The position numbers and the translations under genes were made by a program. Shown piece by piece: positions 1 to 10,169 of a DNA stretch of 64,000 nt. Source of the stretch: an uncultured Arcobacter sp. GTDB taxonomy: Bacteria > Campylobacterota > Campylobacteria > Campylobacterales > Arcobacteraceae. The stretch spans positions 160,001 through 224,000 of the forward strand of contig OZ223302.1 of NCBI GenBank assembly GCA_965140705.1. Direction: 5' to 3'. Below the pieces are notes generated by a model, which was not told the origin of the DNA, did not search any database, and was given only the letters and a program-made list of their open reading frames with translations. The number at the start of each line of letters is the position of its first letter. Position 1 is the stretch's first letter.

Positions 1-539
1 TCTAAAGAAATATTTCCAGTTACAAAAACTCTATTTGAATCTTCTCCCATACGAACTAATCTTTTTTTATGTTCTTCTAGTGTTACAAAATGAGCGGTTG
101 ATAATTTTGATGTTGCATGTCGAATAGGATTATCAATATATCCATCTTCTACATGATCTCCTGAAAAGACATGAATTGTTGGTATATGTAAATAGCCTCC
201 AACCATAGAATACATTAATACATCTTCTCTATCACCAGCATATATCATTAAATCTGGATTAAATTTTGCAATAGTTTCTAAACTATTTTGAAGTAGTAAA
301 CTTGCACTCTTAACTCTTGAAAGCCCTGTATCTGAACTCAAAAGTGTTTCAATTTCAAGTAATATATCAAATCCATCTTTTCGAATTTGTTCTACACTAT
401 AACCAAAACTACGAGACAGATGAGCACCACTTACTATAATCTTAAAATCAATATCTTCATCATCATCAAGTAATTTATAAAGTGGCGACATCAAATCATA
501 ATCAGAACGAATTGAACTAAAAGCTAATATTTTTTTCAT
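1..539 (-). CDS. neuC: UDP/GDP-GlcNAc 2-epimerase (hydrolysing), NeuC/LegG family; 3' part runs off the window
   Basis: Manual translation MKKILAFSSIRSDYDLM...SGAHLS...AGDRED...IDNPIRHATSKLS; ATG overlaps the upstream stop (TAATG). Confidence 0.9.
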   Translation of the reverse strand, partial: MKKILAFSSIRSDYDLMSPLYKLLDDDEDIDFKIIVSGAHLSRSFGYSVEQIRKDGFDILLEIETLLSSDTGLSRVKSASLLLQNSLETIAKFNPDLMIYAGDREDVLMYSMVGGYLHIPTIHVFSGDHVEDGYIDNPIRHATSKLSTAHFVTLEEHKKRLVRMGEDSNRVFVTGNISL

Positions 540-1756
540 TAGAACACATCCGACATGATTAAATCTTTTTTAAAACAAACACCATTAAAAGAAGTATCAA
601 ATAATCTATATCCAAATATGTAATCAAACTCTTTTTTATCTAAATATTTATTTAAACTATGATCTATCAATAAATTATATTTCTTATCATTATCAAGATT
701 TGAAAAATCAATACTATTAAAAACTATATCATAATTATCTTCAAATTTTTTTAGAATATTATTACTCTTTTTAAAATAATTTTGGTTTGGTTTAGATAGT
801 CTCCACTCTATATTTTTTTTATCTTGAGTATTGAAAATTATTGAATCTGAATAATTCTTTTTCTCTATTTGTTGTAATTCATCATAAGAGAAACTAGCCA
901 CATATAAATCTTCTTCAAGCGTCCACCCTAATCGTTTTTTAAATCCTGGAGCTGATTTTTTATTTGGAAAACCACAAACAAATTTATAACCTAATTCAGT
1001 TGCTTTTTCATAGACTTCATCTGCTTGTTCTATAAAAATACCATATTTTCTGTAAGCTGTATCTACCATAGTTGTCATTGAAAGAACAACATCTACATTC
1101 TTTTGATTATAAATAAATTTTATTGGTATCACAGCATAATGTCCAACAAGTTTTACTCCATCAAAATAAAGTGAAACTATTGGATTCCCATTAGGATTAT
1201 TAATATATGCCCAATTCCAAAGATTTTCATCCATTTTGCTATTAAAACTATGTTCAAACAATTCTAATATTTGTGTTTTGTATTGTAATAACTCATTTTT
1301 GTCATTAATCATAATTTTAGTAAACTCAAGAGGAACATAAAGTTCTGCTTCACCGGTTGTTACAATTTTATTATCAACTTCACAAATAGTTTTAAATTTA
1401 ACTCTTCTTTTGTCTAAATCAACATTTGATACTGTAACTATTGCTTTTACAGTATCATTAATATAAACAGGTCTCTTAAAATTTAGTGATTGGTAAGTAT
1501 ATACACATCCTTCTCCTGGAATCTTAGTACCAAATAGAGCAGAAAAATAAGAAGCTGTCATCATCCCATGTGCTATTCTTTTTTTAAACCTTGAACTTTT
1601 AGCATAATTTTCATCTAAGTGCACTGCATTTCTATCTCCTGAAATCCCAGCAAATGATTTTATATCTGCATCAGTAATAGTTTGAGAATAACTTACGCTC
1701 ATCCCAATTTCAATTTCTTCAAGTGGAATTTTATTAAAAACTAATGATTTACTCAT
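539..1756 (-). CDS. MaoC/PhaJ-type (R)-enoyl-CoA hydratase fused to a GNAT acyltransferase
   Basis: N-terminal hot-dog motif SGDRNAVHLD...IAHGM; C-terminal TMVDTAYRKYGIF and GFPN GNAT motifs. Confidence 0.8.
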   Translation of the reverse strand: MSKSLVFNKIPLEEIEIGMSVSYSQTITDADIKSFAGISGDRNAVHLDENYAKSSRFKKRIAHGMMTASYFSALFGTKIPGEGCVYTYQSLNFKRPVYINDTVKAIVTVSNVDLDKRRVKFKTICEVDNKIVTTGEAELYVPLEFTKIMINDKNELLQYKTQILELFEHSFNSKMDENLWNWAYINNPNGNPIVSLYFDGVKLVGHYAVIPIKFIYNQKNVDVVLSMTTMVDTAYRKYGIFIEQADEVYEKATELGYKFVCGFPNKKSAPGFKKRLGWTLEEDLYVASFSYDELQQIEKKNYSDSIIFNTQDKKNIEWRLSKPNQNYFKKSNNILKKFEDNYDIVFNSIDFSNLDNDKKYNLLIDHSLNKYLDKKEFDYIFGYRLFDTSFNGVCFKKDLIMSDVF

Positions 1757-2751
1757 ATAATTTCATCCTCTTTGTAATCTTTTTTTGCGATAGTTCCAAC
1801 TATTTCGTCCCATCGCATAGGATTTATTCCATTACCAGGTCTTTTTATAGTGATTTTATCTTTTGTTAAAATTTCACCTTTTTTTATACTCATTTTTGCA
1901 ACTATAGATTTTCTAGCTATTTGCATATTTGGGATTTCACTCTTTGATGCCTTTTTAATACCATTTCCCAAGGCTAATTCAATATTTTTTATAGCTTTTA
2001 CCATATCTCTTAATTCATCTGGTTCTAAAGAAGCTTTATGGTCTGGCCCATCCATAGTTTTATCGAGTGTAAAATGTTTTTCTATACAACTTGCTCCCAT
2101 TGCAACTGCTGCAATATCAACTTCAATTCCTAAAGTATGATCACTATAACCATAAGCTATATCAAAAGTATTTCCAATAGTTACCATAGCTTTTAGATTG
2201 ACATCTTCCATTGGAGTTGGATACATAGTATTTGCATGAAGAACTGTGATATTCTCTTTTTTTGTTCCTGCTTCTATCAAAACATCTAAGGCATCTTCTA
2301 TCTCACCGATACCTGCCATACCCGTAGAGAGTATGACTGTTCTGTTTAGTTTCCCGATGTGTCTTAAGTAGGGAAGATTTGTTATTTCACCACTTGGAAT
2401 TTTAAATATTTCTAAACCTAAATCATTTAAAAGTTCTATACTGTCATGGTCGAAAGGAGTTGATAAAAATATAATGTTTTTATTGTTACAGTAAGTGATT
2501 AGCTCTTTGTGCATTTGTACATCTAGCTCTAACTTTTTTATCATATCAAACTGAGATTCTTCACTATCAGTAGTCTGTTTTTGGTACTCAGCTTTTTGTG
2601 CATTTTTACTTACTAGGTTTTCTGCTTTAAAGGTTTGAAATTTAACAGCATCAACGCCAGCTTCACAAGCCATATCAATAAGCTTTTTTGCAAGTTCAAT
2701 TGAGCCATTATGATTTACACCTGCTTCTGCAATTATAAACACTTTATTCAT
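1753..2751 (-). CDS. neuB: Nonulosonic acid synthase (NeuB/LegI)
   Basis: IIAEAGVNHNG, YSDHTLG, IEKHFTLD, C-terminal SAF domain. Confidence 0.95.
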   Translation of the reverse strand: MNKVFIIAEAGVNHNGSIELAKKLIDMACEAGVDAVKFQTFKAENLVSKNAQKAEYQKQTTDSEESQFDMIKKLELDVQMHKELITYCNNKNIIFLSTPFDHDSIELLNDLGLEIFKIPSGEITNLPYLRHIGKLNRTVILSTGMAGIGEIEDALDVLIEAGTKKENITVLHANTMYPTPMEDVNLKAMVTIGNTFDIAYGYSDHTLGIEVDIAAVAMGASCIEKHFTLDKTMDGPDHKASLEPDELRDMVKAIKNIELALGNGIKKASKSEIPNMQIARKSIVAKMSIKKGEILTKDKITIKRPGNGINPMRWDEIVGTIAKKDYKEDEII

Positions 2752-3323
2752 TTAACAACACTCCCCGCTTTTATAAATCCACTAACTTCAATACTTTGTT
2801 TAGAAGTAGCATTACTTCCAAAAAAGGTATTTTCTTTTACTTTTACGCCACCATTAATAACACTAGCTGTTGAAATATGGCAATTATCTGCTACCACAAC
2901 ATCATGTTCTAGTAAAGCTTTTGTATTGATTATACAATTTTTTCCTATTTTTACATTTGTATTAACTAAAACATTATGCATAATTACTGTTCCTTCATCT
3001 ATAGATGAATGTTTAGAGACATAAGCTAAAGGAGAAATAATAATAGGCAAATTAAAACCTATTTCTTTTAATTGATTAAATAATTTTACTCTTAAGTGGT
3101 TTGAATCTATTTGCCCTAGCGTAATTATTGCATTTTTACAAGTTTGAAAAATAGTTTCCAAATCATCATCAGATCCAATTATTTCATAATTTAAAATCTT
3201 ATTGCCAAATAACTCTTTTTTATCAACAATTCCCAAAATTTCATATTTACACTCTTGTTCTATGACATCAATAACACTATGGCAATGCCCACCACCACCA
3301 ATAAGAACTATTTTTTCTTTCAT
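2748..3323 (-). CDS. NeuD/PglD-family sugar acetyltransferase
   Basis: IGGGGH N-terminus, hexapeptide repeats, EHD motif. Confidence 0.9.
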   Translation of the reverse strand: MKEKIVLIGGGGHCHSVIDVIEQECKYEILGIVDKKELFGNKILNYEIIGSDDDLETIFQTCKNAIITLGQIDSNHLRVKLFNQLKEIGFNLPIIISPLAYVSKHSSIDEGTVIMHNVLVNTNVKIGKNCIINTKALLEHDVVVADNCHISTASVINGGVKVKENTFFGSNATSKQSIEVSGFIKAGSVVK

Positions 3324-4459
3324 TATAAGATCACCGAACTAGGAATATTCACAACTCTGTCTTCAAGATACTTTGCATTTTTTAAATCTGTTTTTTGACA
3401 ATCTTTAAACATTTCAAGTTCATTCATAAGTTTCCAAACAGGTCTTGTCATTACACCGCTTTTATTCGTAAACTCTAAAAGTTCATTTCTTTGAATAATA
3501 TCATTTAATAAAACAGCTTGAAGCCAATAATTTGATTTACTATTTTTAGGTTCTTCTATAAATATCATATCATTTTTTTCAAAAAAATCTTTATACTTTG
3601 TTGCTAATTCTCTTTTTGAAGTTAAAAATCTTTCCAACTGTTCTAACTGCGCAACCAAAAGAGCAGCATTGATATTTGGAAGTCTGTAATTATATCCTAT
3701 TTCATCATGTACATATTCATATGGATGGGGAATTTTCGCTGTTGTTGTGATATGTTTTGCTCTTTTAGCTAATGCTTCATCATCTGTAACGATAACTCCA
3801 CCACCACCTGAAGTTATAATTTTATTGCCATTAAAAGAGAATGCTCCAACTTTTCCAAAAGTTCCCGTATGTTTATTTTTATAAGATGAACCTAAACTTT
3901 CAGCTGCATCCTCTACAAGAACAATATTCCATTTATCACATATATTTTTAATCTCATCTATTCTACAAGGATGTCCAAAAGTATGCATAGGGACACAAGC
4001 TTTGATGATTTTACTAGTTGTTTTATTTACACATTTGTTCTCTTTAATTTCACAATTATTTTCTAAAAAAGATTTTAAAGAATCCGGACTTAATCCCATA
4101 GTATCTAAATCAACATCGACAAATATAGGTTTAGCACCAATATAACTAATAGCATTACATGTCGCTATAAATGTAAGTGGTTGAGTAATTACTTCATCTT
4201 CTTTTTTTACATCTGCTAATATCAAAGAAATATGAAGAGCTGCTGTTCCATTTACCGTAGCAATTGCGTATTTAGCTCCTACAGTTTTTGCAAACTGATT
4301 TTCAAAAGTATCTACATATTTGCCAACACTTGATACAAATGTAGAATCTATACAATCATTTAAATACTTTTTTTCGTTACCAATAAATCTTGGTTCATGT
4401 AAAGGTATAAAATCATTTGTTTTAAATATTTTTTTTATAAAATCAACTGTTTTTTGCAT
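3323..4459 (-). CDS. legC: LegC-family PLP aminotransferase (start probably ATG 4459)
   Basis: FIPLHEP, DAAESLGS, SFNGNKIITSGGGG. Confidence 0.9.
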   Translation of the reverse strand: MQKTVDFIKKIFKTNDFIPLHEPRFIGNEKKYLNDCIDSTFVSSVGKYVDTFENQFAKTVGAKYAIATVNGTAALHISLILADVKKEDEVITQPLTFIATCNAISYIGAKPIFVDVDLDTMGLSPDSLKSFLENNCEIKENKCVNKTTSKIIKACVPMHTFGHPCRIDEIKNICDKWNIVLVEDAAESLGSSYKNKHTGTFGKVGAFSFNGNKIITSGGGGVIVTDDEALAKRAKHITTTAKIPHPYEYVHDEIGYNYRLPNINAALLVAQLEQLERFLTSKRELATKYKDFFEKNDMIFIEEPKNSKSNYWLQAVLLNDIIQRNELLEFTNKSGVMTRPVWKLMNELEMFKDCQKTDLKNAKYLEDRVVNIPSSVIL

Positions 4460-4469
4460 ATATTCTACT

Positions 4470-6050
4470 TTATTTGAATTCAAAAAAAACTAAATTCTTA
4501 ATTTCTTTTTTAAATTGTGTTTGATTAAATATTTCTAAATATTTTAACATAAAAAAATATTTTAAAGTTTGAACTTGTCCTTTATTAAAAGGTACATTTG
4601 GATTTACTTTCATTTTAAAATAAATAGGAGGTTCTTTTACCCATAAAGAATAATTCATTTCTTTTTGAGTCTTCAAATCTTCTAATAAAGTTATTTGATT
4701 CTCATTTGCCACAAACAATTTATCATCTTTAGAAAATGCTTCTTTTGACATCCCATTTAATTCATAATATCGTAAAACTCTACTTTTTGCTAGTTTAGAA
4801 TACAGTTCATTCTCGACAACAAATGTACTATTTTGAACAATTTGCTCAGATATTTTAAAATTTTCAATAATACTTTGTTGATAAAACCAATCAATATTAT
4901 ATTTAAGTTGTTCTTTTAAATGAAAGGATACAAAAGAAATAATTAAAATTAAATATAAAAAATATTTAATCACTACTTTAAAGTTTAATAAATTTGAAAT
5001 GATTTGAATTCCATAATATAAAATAAAACTAAACCCTATAGGCAATAACACTTGAAATCTTGAATCCCAATCATTTAAGTTAGGTACTTTTCCTACAGCT
5101 AGATAAGCAAAAGCTCCTAAAAAAAAACCTAAAAAACCTAGCGTAAATAAATAAACATCTTTTTTATTCATCTCATTATTTTGCCGTGAAAATAAATTAG
5201 ATAAAAGCAATAGTAAAACAAAACCAATAATAATAAAAGATGATATATTTTGAATAGAAAGATTAATAGGTTCAATAAAACTCCATAAAAAAGTGTGATA
5301 ATAATTATCTAAATTTAAAATATTTTCTATGTTAATTTTATTATAACCTTGTTCTTGATATAAACTGGTCGGAACAAAATATATAGATTTTATAAAATAA
5401 AATAAAATTGGTAATAAAATAAAATCTATTTTAGTCTTAATAAATACACTTAAATTCTTCAGGAAAATTATTTTTCTATTATATAATTTGTGAAAAATAT
5501 ATATTAAAATAATTGCATAAAATACTAAAATAGCATTATTCATAAAAGATAAAAAAAATATAAATAATATTAACACTCTTTTTATTAGCCCTAAGTTATC
5601 AATATATTTACTAATTAGGTAAAATCCAAAATAAAATAATGTTAAATATAAAAAGTTCATAATTAACAAAGAAACTTTTGCACTATACATAGGAGCTAAA
5701 AGAAAAAATATTGTTATAAAGAGTCGATCTTCTTTTGAAATAAATGAAAGTGTTTGAAGTATTTTATAAACAAATATTCCAGAAGAAAAAAGACAAACAA
5801 CTGTTAAGATTCTATCAAAAAATATACCATTGCCTATACTCATTATTACATAATTTAAAATGCTTGAAAGATAACCTACAGCGCCTACTGATTGAACATA
5901 CATATTGCTTATTGTTTCAAAATTATTCCTAATTAAAGCCCAATCATCCCAATAAATTCCATTATAATTTAAAAGAAAAAAAAAGTTACTTATCAAATAT
6001 ATAATGAACATAAATAAAATTGTTTTTCTATCACTTTGTAAAAAAGTCAT
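4470..6050 (-). CDS. Polytopic membrane protein, probable GT-C (GtrII/GtrC-like) glycosyltransferase
   Basis: Many hydrophobic helices, acidic YWDD motif after TM1, DWDSRF loop, soluble C-terminal domain. Confidence 0.6.
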   Translation of the reverse strand: MTFLQSDRKTILFMFIIYLISNFFFLLNYNGIYWDDWALIRNNFETISNMYVQSVGAVGYLSSILNYVIMSIGNGIFFDRILTVVCLFSSGIFVYKILQTLSFISKEDRLFITIFFLLAPMYSAKVSLLIMNFLYLTLFYFGFYLISKYIDNLGLIKRVLILFIFFLSFMNNAILVFYAIILIYIFHKLYNRKIIFLKNLSVFIKTKIDFILLPILFYFIKSIYFVPTSLYQEQGYNKINIENILNLDNYYHTFLWSFIEPINLSIQNISSFIIIGFVLLLLLSNLFSRQNNEMNKKDVYLFTLGFLGFFLGAFAYLAVGKVPNLNDWDSRFQVLLPIGFSFILYYGIQIISNLLNFKVVIKYFLYLILIISFVSFHLKEQLKYNIDWFYQQSIIENFKISEQIVQNSTFVVENELYSKLAKSRVLRYYELNGMSKEAFSKDDKLFVANENQITLLEDLKTQKEMNYSLWVKEPPIYFKMKVNPNVPFNKGQVQTLKYFFMLKYLEIFNQTQFKKEIKNLVFFEFK

Positions 6051-7164
6051 TTATCGCCCCACATACTTTTCTTAAATCTTTTTCTGCTAATCCATAATAC
6101 ATTGGCAGTCGAATCAATTTTTCACTCTCTTTTGTAGTATTTAAGTCATCTTTATCAAATCTTCCAAATTTAAATCCAGCAGGTGCGGAATGAAGTGGTA
6201 CATAATGAAATACTGCATTAATACCATTTTCTTTTAAATACGCAAGCAATATCGTTCTTTCATCTAGATTTCGGACTTTAATATAAAACATATGTGCATT
6301 TTGAGTACAATTATTCGGAATTATTGGTAATTCAATTAAACTTTTTATTTCTAATTGCTTTAAACCGTAATAATAATTGTTCCAACTTCGTAGCCTGTCT
6401 TGATTTATGTTCTCTGAACATTCTAAATTTCCCCAAAGATATGCTGCGCTAATATCGTTCATAAGATAACTGCTTCCTATATCTACCCACGAATACTTAT
6501 CTACCATTCCACGAAAAAACAGACTTCTATTCGTACCTTTTTCTCTTATTATTTCTGCTCTTTGGATAAACTTTTCATCATTAATGATAAGAAGTCCTCC
6601 CTCACCAGCACTTGTGTAATTTTTTGTTTCATGAAAACTAAAAGCTCCTAAGTGTCCAATAGTTCCAAGCGCTTTACCTTTATAACTGCTCATCATCCCT
6701 TGCGCTGCATCTTCTACTACAAAAAGGTTATAGCGTTTTGCTATATCCATGATGCTGTCCATCTCACATGCCACACCTGCATAATGAACTGGTGCTATTG
6801 CTTTTGTTTTATCAGTGATAGCTTGTTCTATCTTTGTCTCATCTATGTTCATAGTATCTGGTCGTATATCTACAAACACTATTTTTGCACCTCGAAGTAC
6901 GAAAGCATTCGCAGTACTTACAAAAGTATATGATGGCATAATGACTTCATCCCCCTCTTTTATATCAAGAAGTATAGCAGCCATCTCTAGTGCATGTGTA
7001 CATGAAGTAGTCAAAAGAGCTTTTTTGCATTGCAACTTCTCTTCAAACCACTCTGTACACTTCTTTGTAAACTCTCCATCACCAGAAATTTTACTACTTT
7101 TCATAGACTCTAAAATATATTTTTCTTCATTTCCAGTTAGAAGTGGCTTATTAAAAGGTATCAT
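6031..7164 (-). CDS. wecE: dTDP-4-amino-4,6-dideoxygalactose transaminase
   Basis: MIPFNKP, SFHETKNY, EKGTNRS.FFRG.VDKYSW. Confidence 0.9.
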   Translation of the reverse strand: MIPFNKPLLTGNEEKYILESMKSSKISGDGEFTKKCTEWFEEKLQCKKALLTTSCTHALEMAAILLDIKEGDEVIMPSYTFVSTANAFVLRGAKIVFVDIRPDTMNIDETKIEQAITDKTKAIAPVHYAGVACEMDSIMDIAKRYNLFVVEDAAQGMMSSYKGKALGTIGHLGAFSFHETKNYTSAGEGGLLIINDEKFIQRAEIIREKGTNRSLFFRGMVDKYSWVDIGSSYLMNDISAAYLWGNLECSENINQDRLRSWNNYYYGLKQLEIKSLIELPIIPNNCTQNAHMFYIKVRNLDERTILLAYLKENGINAVFHYVPLHSAPAGFKFGRFDKDDLNTTKESEKLIRLPMYYGLAEKDLRKVCGAINDFFTK

Positions 7165-7973
7165 TTTTTCCTCGCTGTTATAAATAAACTTCCACCAAAA
7201 AGATTTGGTAAAAATTTATTAATCTTATTTTCTACTCTTGATATAAGCAGTAAAATATTACTAACAACACGACTCATAGATATATCTCTACTGTATTCTT
7301 CTTCTCTTATTTTTGAGCCATTATCACTATTTATTACTCTTCTCAAAAACAAAAGTGGTGTTATACTTATAAAAAAGTATCTAGCAGTTAAAACTTCAAA
7401 GCCATTTTGCTCTAGTTTTTCAACTAACTCTTTTTTTGTATATCTTAATTTATGTCCAGCTACTGCATCCTCACGATTCCAAAGCCACATATGAGAAGGG
7501 ACAGTTAAGATGATTTTCCCATTTTTATTTAACATTTGAACAACGTTTTTCAAAGCTATAGTATCATCAGGTATATGTTCCAAAACATCAAACATACATA
7601 CAGCATCAAATTCATTCTCAAAAGGAATATCAAGTAAATCAAACTGATAACACTCTTTCATGCCATAGCTTTGAGCATACTTTAAACCATTTAAGTGCAT
7701 TTCACCTACAGAGATATTTTCATATCCATTTTCTTGTAAATACCTAGCAACATTTCCTGTCCCTGCACCTATTTCTATAAGCTTTTCTTTCTTATTTACA
7801 TATTGTTGAATATTCTCAAAAATAAACTCTTTTCGTGCTATAAACCAAAAGTGCTCTTCTTCTTGTTTATATAAGTTGTTCAATCCTTGAGCATTGTAAT
7901 CTTCATGTGACTCATCTATACTTTCGTTAAATACTTTAATACCATTTACACTTTTGTACTCTTTTACTAGCAT
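7161..7973 (-). CDS. Class I SAM-dependent methyltransferase
   Basis: EIGAGTG, FDVLEHI, HFWF.AR. Confidence 0.85.
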   Translation of the reverse strand: MLVKEYKSVNGIKVFNESIDESHEDYNAQGLNNLYKQEEEHFWFIARKEFIFENIQQYVNKKEKLIEIGAGTGNVARYLQENGYENISVGEMHLNGLKYAQSYGMKECYQFDLLDIPFENEFDAVCMFDVLEHIPDDTIALKNVVQMLNKNGKIILTVPSHMWLWNREDAVAGHKLRYTKKELVEKLEQNGFEVLTARYFFISITPLLFLRRVINSDNGSKIREEEYSRDISMSRVVSNILLLISRVENKINKFLPNLFGGSLFITARKK

Positions 7974-7989
7974 ATCTTATTAGCCTTTT

Positions 7990-8295
7990 TTAAATATAAA
8001 ATATTACAATTCCTAGAACAATAGATAATACTCCAATTACTTTAAATCTATTTATTTGTTCTTTAAAAATTAATACAGAGGTCATAAAAACAGTTAAATA
8101 ATTCAAACTCATTATAACGGTGAAATATTTAAACATAATTAAATGCATAAGAAAATAAGAAATTAAAACTACTATAATAAATAAAAAATACCCACTAAAC
8201 AAATAGTATTTACTTTTTTTTAAAGATGCTAATTTTAAAAATATTTGTCCTGCTGTAGTCAATAAAATACTTGATATAATTAATACATAAATCAT
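7990..8295 (-). CDS. SMR/EamA small membrane protein (ArnE/ArnF-like)
   Basis: 4 TM, GQIFLK and IFKE motifs. Confidence 0.7.
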   Translation of the reverse strand: MIYVLIISSILLTTAGQIFLKLASLKKSKYYLFSGYFLFIIVVLISYFLMHLIMFKYFTVIMSLNYLTVFMTSVLIFKEQINRFKVIGVLSIVLGIVIFYI

Positions 8296-8621
8296 TTACT
8301 TTTCCCAAGCATAAATGCACCAAAAATCATACAAGACAATCCTAAAATATTATTAATATTTATATTTTCTCCGAAAAGTAATATCGAATAGAGTAAAATC
8401 AACACTAGTACCAATGAATTTAACGGATATACACGAGAAAGCTCATTATATTTTAAAACTTTTTGCCAAAAATAAGCTCTCATCCCCATAAACAAAAAAG
8501 CTAAAGATAAAAAAAACAATACATAAGATTCATATATCGCTGCATACTTCCCCATTACGAAAGAAAAAGACTGTAATATAATCGTAATGCCTAATAATAA
8601 AGGCTTTTTAATCTCTAGCAT
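8292..8621 (-). CDS. SMR/EamA small membrane protein (ArnE/ArnF-like)
   Basis: 4 TM, LSRVYP and LFGE motifs. Confidence 0.7.
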   Translation of the reverse strand: MLEIKKPLLLGITIILQSFSFVMGKYAAIYESYVLFFLSLAFLFMGMRAYFWQKVLKYNELSRVYPLNSLVLVLILLYSILLFGENININNILGLSCMIFGAFMLGKSK

Positions 8622-9469
8622 CTTAAAAATGGGCTCTCAGTAAAGTACTTTTCCTGATAAATATTATCAAAATCATATAATTTTTGTCGTTTTTCATTTT
8701 CTTCAACAGCCACTCCATAAATATACTTATTGCGAATATGATGAATCATCTTTTCAGATAAAATTTTAAATGCAATATTCCGTAAAAGAGTAAATTTTGA
8801 TAAATATGTTATCATTTTATTATGCTTAACATAACTAGCATTAACTTTGTGATTTATAATATTATTATCTTCAAAAAACTTATTAATACCAATAAAATCT
8901 TCAATCTCATTTAGAACTTGCTCTTTATTATTTTGAAAAAACTCAAAATCAATTAACAGTAGATTTCCTTTAAATGCCTTTTTAAGTTTTTCTACTCTTT
9001 CTATATAATCAAAAGATCGTAAGTCATAATGGTATTTTCTACTTTCAAAATTTATTTCAAACTTTTTGACAAATTCATCAAAACTTGTATTATCATAGTT
9101 TTGTTTTTGATACTGTTTATAGCATGACCATGCCCAATCATTAGGATCTCGTAATGTCATAATTACTTTTTGATTACTGCGATTCCAATCTTTTGTATTT
9201 TCTATAAAATCATCAATTTCCATATAATAAAATGGTGAGATATCAAACATTTTTTGACTACTTTTTGCATTTTGATACAATTCTTTAAACCACTTTTCAC
9301 CTCTATCTTTATAGTTATATGAAAAATAATTAGTTTCTTTTACAATAGGTAAGTATATTTCAGGGTGTGGTGCTAAGGCTTCATACATATAAGTTGTCCC
9401 ACCTCTTGGCATTCCAGCAATAATAACTAAGTTATCTTTGTTAATCTTTTTTTCTATCATATGAATCAT
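8615..9469 (-). CDS. PAPS-dependent sulfotransferase
   Basis: GMPRGGTT 5'-PSB loop, KETNYF, LRDP...WS 3'-PB motif. Confidence 0.85.
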   Translation of the reverse strand: MIHMIEKKINKDNLVIIAGMPRGGTTYMYEALAPHPEIYLPIVKETNYFSYNYKDRGEKWFKELYQNAKSSQKMFDISPFYYMEIDDFIENTKDWNRSNQKVIMTLRDPNDWAWSCYKQYQKQNYDNTSFDEFVKKFEINFESRKYHYDLRSFDYIERVEKLKKAFKGNLLLIDFEFFQNNKEQVLNEIEDFIGINKFFEDNNIINHKVNASYVKHNKMITYLSKFTLLRNIAFKILSEKMIHHIRNKYIYGVAVEENEKRQKLYDFDNIYQEKYFTESPFLRC

Positions 9470-10169
9470 ATACGCTAATCTCCTTTGATTTTAAAACTTT
9501 GTCACTATTTTGTCCTAAATTAAAAATTACATCCAATATTGTTACTCCATGCTCAAATGGTGTAAAAAGCTGGGGATACTCTTTATACCCACTATAGTCC
9601 ATCCACTTTACCTTTATATTTTCTTTTTCAGCTAACTTTTCATCAAAATAATCTTTTGCAGAAGGACCACTTATATATACATCTGCATCACAATCTTTGC
9701 AAATACCAAGCAATTTTTCTGTTTGACCATCAACCAGCTCAAATTCACTAGACCATCTTATCTTTGTAGTAATACCCAATATCTCATTTATAGTAGTTAT
9801 AAATTCGTAGTTTATCTTGCTTAAATACTCTTCTTCACAACTTAAATATAACTCTTCAAAAATATTTTTATATTCTTTAAAATATGGAGCTTTTGAGTAG
9901 TTTTGTCTTATCTGTTGCCAATGTTTTTTTGCCCAATTTTTATCAGATATTTTTGTTTCATTAATTTTCTGAAAATATTTACCTTTTACATCAACTGGTA
10001 TCGTTAACCATTTCGGTCCTTGCGAAGTTTGTATCTTATTTCTATTTCGCCAATCTCTTTTTGTATACTGCATATCATCATAGAGGATAAATTCATCCGA
10101 CATATTGATAAGGTCAAAATAACCTTTCCATGGGATATAGTTAGATTGTAAAATGGCTATTTTTTTCAT
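9441..10169 (-). CDS. WbqC-family protein
   Basis: QSNYIPWKGYFD, DWRNRNKI, WLTIPV, YISGPSA. Confidence 0.9.
   Translation of the reverse strand: MKKIAILQSNYIPWKGYFDLINMSDEFILYDDMQYTKRDWRNRNKIQTSQGPKWLTIPVDVKGKYFQKINETKISDKNWAKKHWQQIRQNYSKAPYFKEYKNIFEELYLSCEEEYLSKINYEFITTINEILGITTKIRWSSEFELVDGQTEKLLGICKDCDADVYISGPSAKDYFDEKLAEKENIKVKWMDYSGYKEYPQLFTPFEHGVTILDVIFNLGQNSDKVLKSKEISVYDSYDRKKD

Noticed and set aside
5119..5984. A9 tracts in the 526-aa membrane gene as phase-variation sites
   Set aside because: A/T runs are common in this AT-rich DNA and the frame is intact. I noticed no long poly-G/C tracts of the Campylobacter type.
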